From positions 10,356,001-10,420,000 of the forward strand of contig CM052818.1 in assembly GCA_028534125.1 (NCBI GenBank): DNA of 64,000 bases, written 5' to 3'. The translations under genes and the position numbers were made by a program. The DNA is from Lama glama (lineage: Eukaryota). Shown one piece after another: positions 25,991 to 39,231 of the stretch (within the stretch, counting starts at the first letter, position 1; every line of letters begins with the position of its first letter). The notes under the pieces are model-generated. The model was not told the DNA's origin. It saw only the letters and a list, made by a program, of their open reading frames with translations, and searched no databases.

Positions 25991-28900
25991 AAAAAAATAA
26001 GACTTTATTTTTTAGAACAGTTTTACATTTTCAGGAAAATTGGGAAAATAGTACTGAGTTTTCTTACATATCCCATACCTAGTTTCCCCTATTATTAACA
26101 TTTTATATTAGTAAGGTATATTTGTTATAATAATTGAGCCAATATTGATACATTATTAACTAAAGTCTATACTTTATTCATATTTCCTTACTTTTAACAG
26201 CATGTCCTTTCTCTGTTCTAGGGTCTCACCCAGGACACCACCATACATTTAGTTGTCATGTCTTCTTATGCTCCTCTTATCTGTGACGGGTTCTCAGACC
26301 TTTCTTGTTTTGATGACCTGGGTAGCTTTGAGGAGGACTGGTCAGGTGTGTTGGAGAATGCCCCTCATTAAGAATTTGTCTGATGTTTTTCTCATAATTA
26401 GGCTGGGGTTATTACAGGTTTCTGGAAAGAACACCGTAGAGTTAGGTTGCCATTCTCATCACATCACGTCACATCAAGGGTACGTACTGTCAACATGACT
26501 CATCACTGTTGATGTTGACCTTGATCACCTGGCTGAATTAATATTTGTCTGGTTTCTCCACTGAAAAGTTACTTCCCACCCCTTTCCATACTGTCCTCTT
26601 TGGAAGGAAGTCGCTATGTGAAGCCTGTACTTAAGGGATGGGAAACTGTGCTCTACTTGCTTGAGGATGGGAAGTATTTATAAATAATTTGGAATTCTTT
26701 TGCATAGGAGATTTATATATGATCTCCAGTTTATTTGTTTGTATTAGCAGGTACTCACTTATTTTATATTTCAGTTTATAATCCAATACTGTTTTATTTT
26801 GTTATTCAAATTGTTCAAGCCTTGGCCATTGGGACCTCTTTCAGTTAGCTCCTGTGTTCCTTTGACATACTCTCAGCATTTCAGTTTGTCCTCCCTCACC
26901 CAGTTTTGACACTACAAGATACTGCAGGCTCACCTTGTGTATTTCCTGCTCCATTCATAGAATATGGGTTTTCTCCAAGGACCTCTGTTTCCTATTAGTG
27001 GAGAACGGTATTGGAAACCAAGATCTGGGTGGTAGGTGTGCTTGTTGCTATTGTAGTGTTGTTGATTCTAGGCTCTCTCAGCTGGCAGAGCAAGGAAATA
27101 TGTGTGTCTCTACTAATCCATGTATATACATGCACATATCTGTAAATATTTCTAAATGAAACCATCTATAAGTTTATATTGATGTCTGTGACTCTAATCC
27201 ATTGCTATACGGATCATTCTAGCCTTCTTCTTTTGCTTATCTATAAACTCTCATTCCACCTGACTCCCACCATTTGCCACCCATTTACTTAATTGTTCAG
27301 TTCCAGTATACATGCACAGGAGTATCAGAAATATTAACCTGTATACCTGTGGGACACACTGTTATCAACTAGAGTACAGTGCTTCTATACAGTTTCTTTT
27401 TGCCTTTAGTCTTAAAAACTCTACTCATTTCCAAAGTTACTTGGGTCAGCACCCTTTCCTTCCACCTCCTTCAGCAACATTGTTTCATGCATTTGTAATG
27501 CAGTTAGATTGTTTTGTCATCATCTGTATTCCATCATTGTGATCTCCTCATCTCCTATATGAGTTTTAAAACTTTACATACATTAAATTTCACACTTTGT
27601 GCTGTAAAAGTCTATACGTTTGGACAAATGTTGTGTATCCACTGTCACAGTATTATATGCTACAATTCACAGCCCTAAAAGTGCCCTGTGCCTCACTTAT
27701 TTAGTCTGCTCCTCTCCCCCTGAACTCCGGACAACCACTGATCATTTTTACTGTCTCTATAGATTTTCCTTTTCCAGAATGTCATAAAATTGGAATCATA
27801 TGGTATGTAACTTTTCTGTATGTAGCCTTTTGTACGTAGATTGGCTTCTTACACTTAACAATATGCATCCAGGTTTCCTTCATGTCTTTTTGTGGCTTGA
27901 TGCTCATTTCTTTTTATTGCTGAATAATATTCGATTGTATGGGTATACCATAATTTATTCAGTCACCTATTGAGGACATCTTGGTTTCCAGTTTGGGAAA
28001 ATTATGAATAAAGCTATTATAAATATTTGAATACGGGTTTCAGTGTGGGCTTAAGTTTTCAAATCAGTCTGGAAAATATCTAGGAGTGTCATTGCTGGAT
28101 TGTATGGATGTGTTTATCTTTGTAAGAAACTGCCAAAGTCTTCCAAAGTGAAGTAATTGTATTCCCATTAATAATGAATGAGAGTTCCTGTTGCTCGGTA
28201 TCCTTGCCACTTTTGATATTGTAAGTTTTTTACAATTTTAGCCATTCTAGTAAGTGTTTAGCAGTATCTTGTTGTTTTAATATGTAATTCTCTAATGACA
28301 TATGATGTTGAGTGTTTTTTCATAAGCTGTTTGCCATCTGCATATCTTCTTTGATGAGGTGTCTATTCAGATCTTTGGATCTTTTTAAATTGTATGTTTT
28401 TCTTATTGTTGAGTTTTAAGAGTTTTTGTATATTTTGGATACCAGTCCTTTATCAGATATGTGTTTTGCAAACATTTCCTCCTAATCTGTGGCTTGTGTG
28501 TTGATTCCCTTAATGATGCCTTTCATAGTGCAGAAATTTTAAATTTTAATAAAGTACAACTTTTCCTTCATAGACTTTTGGTGTTCTATATAAAAACTCA
28601 TTGCCAAACTTGAGAGCACCTGGATTTTCCCGTGTCTTCTTCTGAAAGTGTTATTGTTTTGAGTTTTATATTTAGGTCTATGATTCATTTGAATTAATTT
28701 TGTGAAATTTACTAGGTCTGTGAATTTATTTACTTTTTGTATGTGAACATCCAACTACTCCAGTGCCTTTTGTTGAAATATTTACTCCATTGAATTACCT
28801 TTGTTCTGTTCTCAAAGGCCAGCCAGCTAGGTTTGTCTGGGTCAGTTCTGGGCTTTCTATTGTGTTCTATTGTTCTGTGTATCTATTCTTTTACCAAAAC

Positions 28901-31900
28901 TACGCTGTCTTGAACCTGTAAGTTTGTAGTGAATCCTCTACTTTGATGTTATTCTTCAGTATTGTGTTGGTTCTTCCACGTCTTTTGCCTTCCCATATAA
29001 ACTTTAGATTCATTTTGTCAATATCTACAAAATAGCTTGCTGTGCTTTTGATTGAGATTGTGTTGACTCTGTAGATTAAGTTGGGAAGAACTGAACCATG
29101 AGCACAGAATACCTGTTCATTAATTTAGATCTTCTTTGATTTTTTAAATCAGAATTCTGCTATAAAAGTTGTACATATTTTGTAGGTTTGTGCCTAAGTA
29201 TTTTATATTTTGAATGTATTGTAAGTTTTTTTTTTGTTTAAGATCCCAGTTGTTTGTATAGAAAACTGTTATGTAGAAAAGCAATTGAGTTTTGATAGAT
29301 TTATCTTGTGTTGCTTGTATAGCAACCTTACTGTAATCAGGTATGAGTTATGCAAGTTTTTTTTGTTGTTGTTGTTCTTTCTTTGGAATTTTCTACACTG
29401 GCAACATGTCATTTGTGAACAAAGATAATTTAATTTCTTTCTTCCAAATCTGTATACCTTTTATTTCCTTCCCATATCTTACTGCACTAGCTAGGACTTC
29501 CAGTACGATGTTGAGTAGAGTGGTGAGGGTGCACATCCTTGCTTGTTTGTGATCATAGTAGAGAAGCATCCAGTCTCTCACCATTAAGTATGATGTTAGC
29601 TGTAGGTATTTTGTAGGTATTCTTTACCAAGTTGAGGAAGTTCCCCTGTATTCCTAGTGTGCTAAGAGCTTTTATCCTGGTGTTGGATTTTGTCAGATGA
29701 TGTTTCTGCATTTATTAATGAGATTATATGAGTTTTATTCTTTAGCCTACTAATGTGGAGTGTTACATTAATTGATCCTAAAATGTTGAACCAGCCTTGC
29801 ATACCTGGAATAAAACCCACTTGGTTATAGATTAAACAAATAAATTAAAATTTAAAATAAAAATTATTTTCACATATTATTGAATTTGATTTTCTCATAT
29901 TTTGTTGGGGATTTTTGCATCTAGGCTCATGAGAGAGATTGATTTATTGTTTTCCTTTCTTGTAATGTCTTTATTTGGTTTTGATAGTAGGGTAATGCTG
30001 GTATTACAGAATGAGTTAGGAGGTCTTTCCTCTACCTCTTATTTTCTGAAAAGATTGTGGAGAATTGGTATAATGTTTTCTTTAAATATTTGGTAGAATT
30101 CCCTAGTGAAACCATCAGGGCATTCTGCTTTCTTTTTTGGAATATTTATTAATTATTTCTTTAGTATATATCAGACTATTCAGATCATCTATGTATCCAT
30201 GTGTGGTTTTTGTTAGTTTCTCTCTTTCAAGGAATTGTTCTGGTTTATCTAAGTTACCAAATTTGTTGGTATACAGTTGTTCATAGTATTCCTTTATTAA
30301 TGTTTTAATACCCATGGAATTAGTAGTGATAACCCCTCTTTCACTTCTGTTATTGGTACTTTATGTCTTCTCCCCTTTTTTCTTAGTTAAGTTGGCAAGA
30401 TGTTTATTGATTTTATTAGTCTTTTCAAAGAACTAGCTTTTGGTTTCATTGATTTTCTCTATTGCTTGACTGTTTTCAAGTTCATTGATTTCTGCTCTGA
30501 TTTTTAAAAAAATTTATTCTGCTTGCTTTAGGCTTAAATTTGTCTTCATTCTCTAGTTTCCAAAGGTAGAATCTTAGATTATTGGTTTTAGATCTTTCCT
30601 CTTTTCTAATATGTACATTCTGTGTCATAAATTTGCCTCTAAGCATTGCTTTTGCTGCAGCTCACAAATTTTGATAAGTTGTATTTTCACTTAGATCAAA
30701 ATATGTTTTAATTTATCTAGAGATTTCCTCTTTGACCCATGTGTCATTTAGAAGTGAGTTGCTTAAACTCTTAATATTTGTGGATTTTCTGGCTATCTCT
30801 TCTTTTAATTCTATTATAGTCTGAGAACATATTTTATATGATTTTTATTCTTTTAAATTTGTGAAGTTATATTTTATGGTGCAAAAAGTGGTCTGTCTTG
30901 GTGAGTATTTCATGTGAGCTTGAGAAGAACATGTATTTTGATGTTTTGGTGGCAAGTATTCTGTAAATGTCAATTAGATCAAGTTGATTTTTAGTGCTGT
31001 TCAGATCAGCTATATCCTACTTACTTTATGGTTGTTTGATCTATCAAGTGAAAAAAGAGTGTTGAAGTCTCCAACTATAATAATAGATTTATCTATTTCT
31101 TCTTATGATTCTATCAAATTTTGCCTCATGCATTTTGACACTCTGTTAGTTACATGGATTTTGAGGATTGTTATGTCTTCTTGGAGAATTAACTCTGTTA
31201 TCACTATGTAATATCCTCTTAATCCCTGATAACTTCCCTTATTCTGAGATCTACTTTGTTGGAAATTAATATAGTTACTCCAGCTTTGTTTTTCATTAGT
31301 GTTATCATGGTAGATGTTTCTTTATCCTTTTACTTTTAATCTATTTGAGTTTTTATATTAAAAGTGGGTTTTGTTGTAGACAACCTACAGTTTTGTGTTT
31401 CTCTTAAAAATCTACTCTATCTTATTTTTCAATTGGTATATTTAGACCAATATTCACATTTAAAGTAATTATTGACACAGATGGATTGAGTTCTGTTGGT
31501 TGCACTTGTTTATTATGTCTTTTCCCTCTCTTTTTCAGCCTTTGCTGGTTTTGATTTCACATTTTATATGACTCATTTTATTTCCTTTCTGAGCAAATCA
31601 ATTATAACTTTAAAATATTTTTTTCCTAGAATTTGCAACACACCTTTGCAATTAATACAAGTTTACCTTAGATATTATTATTGCACTTCATGTATAGTGC
31701 AGGTACTGCATAGCAGAGTATTCCCAATTCTTCCCTTCCATCCATTATGACATTTCATTTCATTTATCCATATGCTATAATCACCCAATACATTGTTACT
31801 ATTATTAGTTCAAACAAATGGTATATTTTAGATCAATTAAGAATAAGAAAAATAAGAAGACCTTACTTTTATTTATTCTTTCTCCTATACTGTTCCTTTC

Positions 31901-34200
31901 ATTATGTGGTTCTGAGTTTCTGACTTATATAACTTTTCTTTTCTCTGAAGAATTTCTTTTAACATTTCTTACAGGGCAGGTTTAGCAGTGAATTCTCTCA
32001 TTTTTTGTTTGTCTGAGAATTTTTATTTCTCATTCACTTTTGAAAGAAAATTTTGTTGGACATATAATTCAAGGCTGATATTTTTCTTTTAACACTGTAT
32101 TTCACTCCATTCTCTTCTTGCTTACATGGCTTTTGATGTAACTCTTTTAACTCTTATCCTGTTCCTCTGTAGTTAAGGTTTTTTGTTGTTTTGTTTTGTT
32201 AAGATTTTTACCCCATTGTTTTTGGTTTTCTTCAGTTTGAATATGATATATCTAGGTGTAGATTTTTTTTTTAATTTATCTTGTTTCGTGTTTGCTGAGG
32301 TTTCTGATCTGTGGTTTAGTCAAAAATTTTGTTAATTTTTGGACAATTATTATGGTAGTTCCTCTTTCTACTTTATTAGCAGTTTCATGCAGTTTCAGTT
32401 ACCTGTAGTCAACTGCAGTCCAAAAATATTACATAGAAAATTCCAGAAATAAACATTTCATAAGTTTTAAATTGCACACTGTTCTGAAATCTTGTGCTGT
32501 CTTTTTCCATCCTACCTGGAATGTGAATCATCTTTTGGCCAGTGTGTCTTATACTGGTCACTTAGTAGCTTTGTTGGTCATCAGATTGACTGTCATTGAC
32601 TATCACAGTGCTTGTGCTCAAGTAATCCTTATTTTACTTAATAATGGTTCCACAGCACAAGAGTAGTGATGCTGGCAATTTGGATATGCCAGAAAGAAGT
32701 AATAATATGCTTTCTTTAAGTGGAAGGGTGAAAGTTCTTGGCTTAATAAGGAAAGGAAAAAATTGTATGCTGATGTTGCTAAGATTATGTTAAGAATGAA
32801 TCTTCTGTACGTGAAATTGTAAAGAAGAAAAAAGAAACTTGTGCTGGTTTTGCCATCACACTTCAAACTGCAGAAATTATGGCCACAGTGTATAGTCCTT
32901 AGCTAAGATGGAAAAGGCATTAAATTTGTACAATAAGATATTTTGAGAATGAGACTACATTCATGTTGCTTTTATTATAGTACATTGTATAATTGTTTCA
33001 TTTTATTCGTTATTTAGGTTAATCTCTTACTGTGCCTGATTTATAAATTGAACTATATAGTAGGTATGAATGCATAGGAAAACATTATCATGTTTATATA
33101 TAATATGTTTATATTTAAACATATTTATATAAAACATTATATGTAGAGAGAGTTTGATATTATCCACAGTTTCAGGCATCCACTGAAGGTCTTAGAACAT
33201 ATTCTGTGAACTACTATACTTCAGATGCTTCTTCTGTTCCATTTTATCTTTCTTCTCCTTCTGATATTCCCATTATGCTTATGTTACATTTTTTGAAATT
33301 GTCTCACAGTTTTTGGATATTCTGTTTTTATCATTCTTTATTCTCTTTGTATTTCAATCTGGGAAGTTTCTGTTGACATACCTTTAAACTTACTGATTCC
33401 TTCCTCAGCCATATCGTCTAATGATGAGCCCATCAAAGGCATTCTTCATTTCTGTTCAGTATTTTTTATTTGTAGCATTTATTTTTTATTCTCTCTTGGA
33501 GTTTCCCTCTCTTTGCTTACCTTGTCCATCTGTTCTTGCATGTTGTTTGCTTTTTCCATTGGCACCCTTAAAATATTAATCCTAGTTATTTTTAATTCTG
33601 TCTGACAATTTCATAATCTGTTTCATATCTGAGTCTGGTTCTGATTCTTGCTTTATCTCTTCAGATTACTTTTTTCCTTGCTTTTTTATTTTAAAGCATA
33701 TCTTGTAATTTTTTGTTGAAAGCTGGACATGATGTATTGGGTAATAAGAACTTGAATAAAAGACCTTTAGTGTGAGATTTTAGGGTAATCTAGCTTTGAG
33801 TTGCGTTGTGCTGTAGCTTTAGGTGCCAGGAGTCTTAAACTTCTCTGGTGTACTTGTGTTTGTCTCTGCTATTTTGGGTGAGGAGGGGTTTTTCTCAGAA
33901 TTCCTACTTAAGCAGAGTCTGCATCTTGAAGCTCTTTGAACAGAAATCCACTGTTGTTATGTTGGAGTTTTGGCTCTTCACTGAGAGAACTGGCTGGAGT
34001 TCCTAGAGGTGGAAACCACAAAAGCATGGGGGTCCCACTAAGACTGTGGCCTACAGGAGTTTCTCACTCCCCTGCTAGTTCACATTCAGCCTCCAGCAGT
34101 TTGTCGAAATTATTCTTTAAGTGTTTCTTCTAGTTTGTGGTTCCAGTGATTTCTACTCCAGGTCATCAGATCTTGGTTATAACTCTCTGTGTTCATCTGT
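25991..34200 (-). mobile_element. Near full-length ancient L1 (L1MC3/L1MD-like), antisense, inactive; interrupted by a Tigger-family element
   Basis: Long L1MC-type 3' UTR from about 26.0 kb. ORF2 remnants appear in the ORF track: [38 protein letters not shown] (29393-29584; RT motif FADD decayed to FTND) and IKEYYEQLYTNKFGNLD (30115-30315). The endonuclease region is at about 30.6-31.4 kb, with ORF1 and 5' UTR to about 34.2 kb. Confidence 0.9.
32353..33216 (+). mobile_element. MER44/Tigger7-like internally deleted TcMar-Tigger DNA transposon
   Basis: Decayed TIRs (tggtagttcc... / ...actacta) flanked by TA at 32351 and 33217. Remnant transposase N-terminus from ATG 32644: MVPQHKSSDAGNLDMPERSNNMLSLSGRVKVLGLIRKGKKLYADVAKI (CENP-B-type HTH). 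The L1 sequence rejoins across the insertion. Confidence 0.85.
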
Positions 34201-36559
34201 GAAGGTTTGGGTTTTGAGAGTCTCAGATGCACACACAAAAAATACAATTACAAAGTAATTTTTTGGTTATAAGTTTCAATTAAAAACTTTAATGAATATA
34301 AATATATTTTGTTTTGATAAGCCACAGTGATAGGGCAGTAAATCAAAATTGAAATTCCTTCTTAAAAACTCGTTGAGAAAATTCTAAACTATTGTTAAGA
34401 CCTACAAATTTCTAGCCACCATTCATCAAAGAAAGAATCCGATGCCATTGGAGTGGCCAGCCACTCAAACAACTATGTTATTACCAATATTGATATGCTT
34501 AATGAAAAATTGTGTTCCCTAAAAACTCATCAGTTGATTGTGTCCAGTGTGTATTATGAAAACTTAATACAGCAGAATAGCCTGTGCTCTACAAAATGTA
34601 ATCCTTTGTCAAAGGAGGCAGGGTACACCTAAATAAATAGTAAAATAAATTGGAATGTATTTGGATCATGTATTCTTAAATGTGTACAGATTGGCATGTT
34701 AATTTATTACATAAAAGTTGTAAATTTTGCTGTTATCCTATTAGCTAGAAAAAGTCAATGCCATTTCCAAGCATGCTTCCATGGTCTTAGTGAGAACAGC
34801 TCTCACCCCCAGTTACTGTCTTTCATGAATCCCTATCATACAGTCATAGATGTAAAAGGAAACCCATGGAGTACAAACGGACACATTAGCATGTAAAGGC
34901 TGGTGCCTGCCCATCAGCCGTAAAAGGTCACAAACAAGGTATTTGCAATGAAGAATAGCAAGTTTTGACCACTCTCCAGATCTGTACCTGTCAGACAGAG
35001 GTTGACACCTGTGACAGGTACATTCTGATTTCCACGTGACTTGTGTGGAATCAGACGTGCTCATGGCAGCATGGCAACCAGATGTCGAGTGCTGCACCTC
35101 TCAGTGTGGAGATGCTCAGAAACCCTGGCTGGAAGAGGCACTTGGACTCACCTCTTGAAGTGCATACCACGCAAGAGAGCCAGACCAGGAGAGGGTTCTG
35201 TTAAGTCTTGTCCAACAATAGGTACGAGGAGTCATGCATGCTGACACGCCTTATCCCTGCTGCTCCGCACTCCGGCACCTCCCTGACCAACCCCACACAG
35301 CGAAGAGGTTGAGCCAAGGCTGCTGGAGGGACTGTGAGGGTGTCTCCCTGTCCCCTTGCTATTCTAGGTGGATTTTAGTGAGAGGGAAGACAGTGTGTAA
35401 TTTCAGAGCAGGAAATGAAGGTTGCCTGCAGACTTAAACTGGGTCTGCAAACTCAGGCTGGAAATCGATTGACAAAGTAGATTGTTGCTTGGGATTTAGG
35501 AGCTCCCATAAGGAGAGTATGTCGAGAGATAAATCAAATTCCTAGAACCCTTTAAACCAGAAACTAAGTCTTGGTGGATGCTATTGTTTTAGGTGGAAAC
35601 TTCAGATAGCCTCTAAAGAAGTGGCTTTCTTAGGACCAGAGCTAACTCCTGAAAAGAAGAAAGGAGCTTTCACCCCCTAAGATGTGACTCTGGCCCTTAG
35701 GAATACTCTCAAAATCACCTTGAGCTTGAGAACGAAGGGGCTGACATTTAACTTCCAGAAGGCTGATTTTTTTCCCCCAGGGTGGGGGTGCAGGGTTCCA
35801 TGCACGTTCTCTTGTGACCTTTCTTGTGACCCAGAACAGGTATGAGATGTCCTCGGTAGAAGAGCGTAGTCTCAGGCTTCTGAAACTGAGATGCCGCAGT
35901 CTTAGCTGCCGTCTTAGCGTGCACTTAGGAGACAGCCTGGCCTGACTCCCGACAGAACTGCTTTTACTGAAATGTTCTGTAGGATAAGAGCTGACTTACC
36001 AAACAGCTCTATGCAACGTGCCCAAAGTCTGTTACTATAAGGATGTTGGAGAGAGTGTTGTTATTTCTTCTGGTGTTTTTCTTCTTTAATTTTGTGGACA
36101 TAGTGGATCTAATAAGTTATTTTTTTCCTCCCTGCCTCCTTCCCCCCCCTTCTTTCCTTCTCTCCCTCCTGCCTCTCCCCCACTTTTTTTTTTTTTTTTG
36201 CTAGAAGGCTCAGAACTTCAGATCTGTGCAGCCTGCGAGACAAAAAAGCATATATCATGAGGGTATGCATTTTTCTTGGCTTCATTTTTTTACCCCTTTT
36301 GTCATCTTGGATAGTCAACTTCTGTACTATTTAGCAGAAGGCCACTATGAACACTCAGATTGGTAAGTGAGCTTCTTCACCCAGATATTGAGCCAGGACA
36401 TAGGCTTTTAGTAACTGGCTCTGGGAACCTGGCTAGGGCAGAATATAAACTTTGATGGACTCAAAGTAAAAGGTCCAAGGGCCTGATTTATGACGATGTG
36501 AGAGGTTACCCCTGGTGGGGAATTGACCCTCTGACTTGGAAATCCTCATTTTTTTCTAC

Positions 36560-36740
36560 ATGGTTGAGAGAACATGGACCTTGATGTCAGAAAGACTTCT
36601 GTTGGATTTCTGGGACCACCACATATGCGAACCTCAGCAGATTCTCACTGAGGCCTCAGTGTCCTCATCAGTAAAATGGGCATAGGAGCATGGGTAGGGT
36701 TGTTGTGAGTGCCTATGGAGAGCCTGTGCAACACCCGGCC
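36560..36740 (+). mobile_element. MIR SINE
   Basis: gaacatggaccttgatgtcagaaagac...ggcctcagtgtcctcatcagtaaaatggg...agggttgttgtgag. Confidence 0.7.
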
Positions 36741-38119
36741 TGCTGTTTCCTCCTCCTACTGGGATAAATGTGTTTGGAACTGCCCTGCTTTTTCAAATCT
36801 CTGGGAAGATATGGACGTTCATGCCTTCCTCTGGAACAATCCTGGCACCCCCGGGACTTGTCCGGAAATTCAACTCGTGTTCGAGCCTGTTTAAGGGGCT
36901 TTTGCTTTCATCTTCAGGGGCCAAATGCCAGTGGCTGCTTTTAATGGAACCAAATCCTTCCTAGTTTTGTGTGATTTGGGGATTTCCTTCCCCAGCCTGG
37001 GCAGCAGTCGGATACATTCCGTTTTATTTTCTGAGTGACCCCAGAGCACTTTGTGATTCTAAAACTGACCTACTGGGAGAAACAAAATAAACTCTTCCAT
37101 TCCATCTTCTCTTTCTCCCTACATGTTTGGGTATGATCTGACTTTATATACCTACCCTACAGCTTGCTGGCTCCAGAGTGATAACAGCTAGCATAAGGAC
37201 ATTTATGGGTTATGTATTCTGGGCGGGCTCTGCCATGCGTCCTTGACAAACTGATAACTCCTTCAGCCATTGGTGGTCTAAGAGCCAAATCGGAAAGAGA
37301 TAAGTAAAATCACAAAAAAAAGCAAATGAACAAAAATATTTAATCTTTTAACCCCCAGAGGATACATATCCCATTTCCATTCCTCATCAATAAATTATAG
37401 TCTCCTCTCTTTGCAATAAGTCCTTAATTTGGTGCTTTCTGGTGGAATGATTTTGGGGAGAAGGTGGTTTATAATGAGGAAACAGTAAGGTTTGCATATT
37501 GCTTAACTTTTGATGCTTCTTTTTTCTCTCTGCTTTTCTCTTTGAATCTGAAGCAAGAATGCCTCAGTGAGAAAGGGGATTGGTTGGAAATGCTGGCGTT
37601 GTTTCCCTGAAAGCAGTGACCAGGAGCCTTTGTCACTGGAATATGTGTCTTCCAGTGCCATTGGCAAGACCATTCCTATTGTGAGATCAGAATATTTAGC
37701 TAGAGGTGATTAAATATTCAACGAGTCAGACTGCCCTTCTCAGAGTACCTGTATCACCTTGTGATTATGTTTGGTTTCCCCTACAAGCCTACCTGCATGG
37801 GTAGGATGTGCTGGTCCTCTGCATTTTAAGTATCCAGTCCTTGGGACAGTTCTGGCTCAGTGTGAATTACTAGAAAGGCATCCTCTTTAGTACTTCACTC
37901 AGCCTGGTGAGCCTGGTATAATGTGGGTCCTCCTCTAGGGGAACGTTTTGTCTTTTGGGTGCTGACAAACCTGGTCTCTGAGCCTTTGTGGCTGGGTCTT
38001 TGTACGTTCATCAAGGAACAAAGGCCCCCTGGAAAACTACTGGGGAAACAGCCTGCTGTCCTTTCCCCAGGCAGACTACATTTCCCTTTTATCACTCCTC
38101 TTCCTGTTACCCTTTAAAA

Positions 38120-38430
38120 CCAGTTATTTTACAAACATATTTTGATCCCAGCTGTGTGCTGGGTTCTTTGCTGGGTGCTGCACTATAATTTTACAACTAT
38201 AAACCGTGATAAGGCTTCTTCTGCTTTGGAAAGTAAACAAAGAAAGGGACAAGGCCATTTCAGATAGTGGTAAGTACCGAGACCAAAGTAAACTGGGCAG
38301 TGTGGTCCGGGTTGGGGTGCACAACAGCAGTAGTTTCTGGAGTCAGAGAAGGCCTCTTTGAGGAGGTGACTTCAGGCTTAACCTTGAATGGGAACCATGG
38401 GAAAGGAGCCTTGGGAAAATCACGAGGAAG
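38120..38430 (-). mobile_element. L2 fragment
   Basis: acaaacatattttga...ctgtgtgctggg...gtcagagaaggcctctttgaggaggtgac. Confidence 0.6.
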
Positions 38431-38549
38431 TGTTCTACCGCTCGCCTTCCTAACCAGAATGAAAGACTTCGGTTGAAGATTGGGTGGGAGGGACTGTATG
38501 GATCATACTCACAATACATATTTTCTGAACCCAGAATTGGGGTACTGTC

Positions 38550-38885
38550 TGCTATGGGATGAATTCTTTCCCTCCTCCCCCAGTTCATATGTTGATGTCC
38601 AAGGTTAACCTTCAGTATCAGCAGAGTGTGATTGTATTTGGAAATAGGGTCCTTGAAGAGGTAACTAAGTTAAAATGAGGTCATGATCTAAAGTGGCTGG
38701 TGTCCGTATAAGAAGGGGAGATTAGGACACAGACATGCACAGAGGGAAGATCATGTGAAGATGCTGGGAGAAGACAACCGTCTCCAAGCCAAGAACAGGG
38801 ACCTCAGAAGAAGATGATCTCTGTTGTCCCCTTGGTGTTGGACATCTAGCCTCCAGACTGTGAGGAAATACGTTTGCTATTAAGA
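38550..38885 (+). mobile_element. MaLR solo LTR (MLT1B-like), 3' end truncated
   Basis: tgctatggga.gaat...ttcatatgttga...tgtatttggaaatagggtc...ggacacagacatgcacagagggaagatcatgtgaaga...ctagcctccagactgtgag. Confidence 0.85.
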
Positions 38886-39204
38886 GAAAAGTCTTTGAAA
38901 TTAGGACGATCTCAGAGAATCCAAACCAAGGGGTCACCAGCCATCTCAGGCCAGCCCCACTGAAGGCTCATCCCCAGGCTCGAGCTATGGCAGCAACATT
39001 AAAACTTCACCTTCCCCCTGCTGTGAGACCACTGGCTCCGTTGTTGCTTACGTGAGGCATTTGTGAAGCTGCAACCACCTTTGCTCACCAGCATCCTTCC
39101 CAGAATTTGAACCACTGACCTTGCCATTACGAATGAGTCAGGTTATAGACAAATGTTTCTACTTGCATGCCCAGACTGTGTATAATTAACTGTGAGTTAC
39201 AATA

Positions 39205-39231
39205 ATGATGATGATGATGATGATGGTGATG
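39205..39231. repeat. (ATG)7 GTG ATG trinucleotide microsatellite
   Basis: Counted directly. Confidence 0.9.

Noticed and set aside
28539..30315. ORFs with reverse-transcriptase-like peptides
   Set aside because: Frameshifted remnants of L1 ORF2 with a decayed catalytic motif (FTND); not a host gene or an active element.
32644..32800. CENP-B/Tigger-like peptide as a possible domesticated TIGD gene
   Set aside because: It frameshifts and stops after about 50 codons and lacks the DDE domain; it is an ordinary MER44-type deletion derivative.
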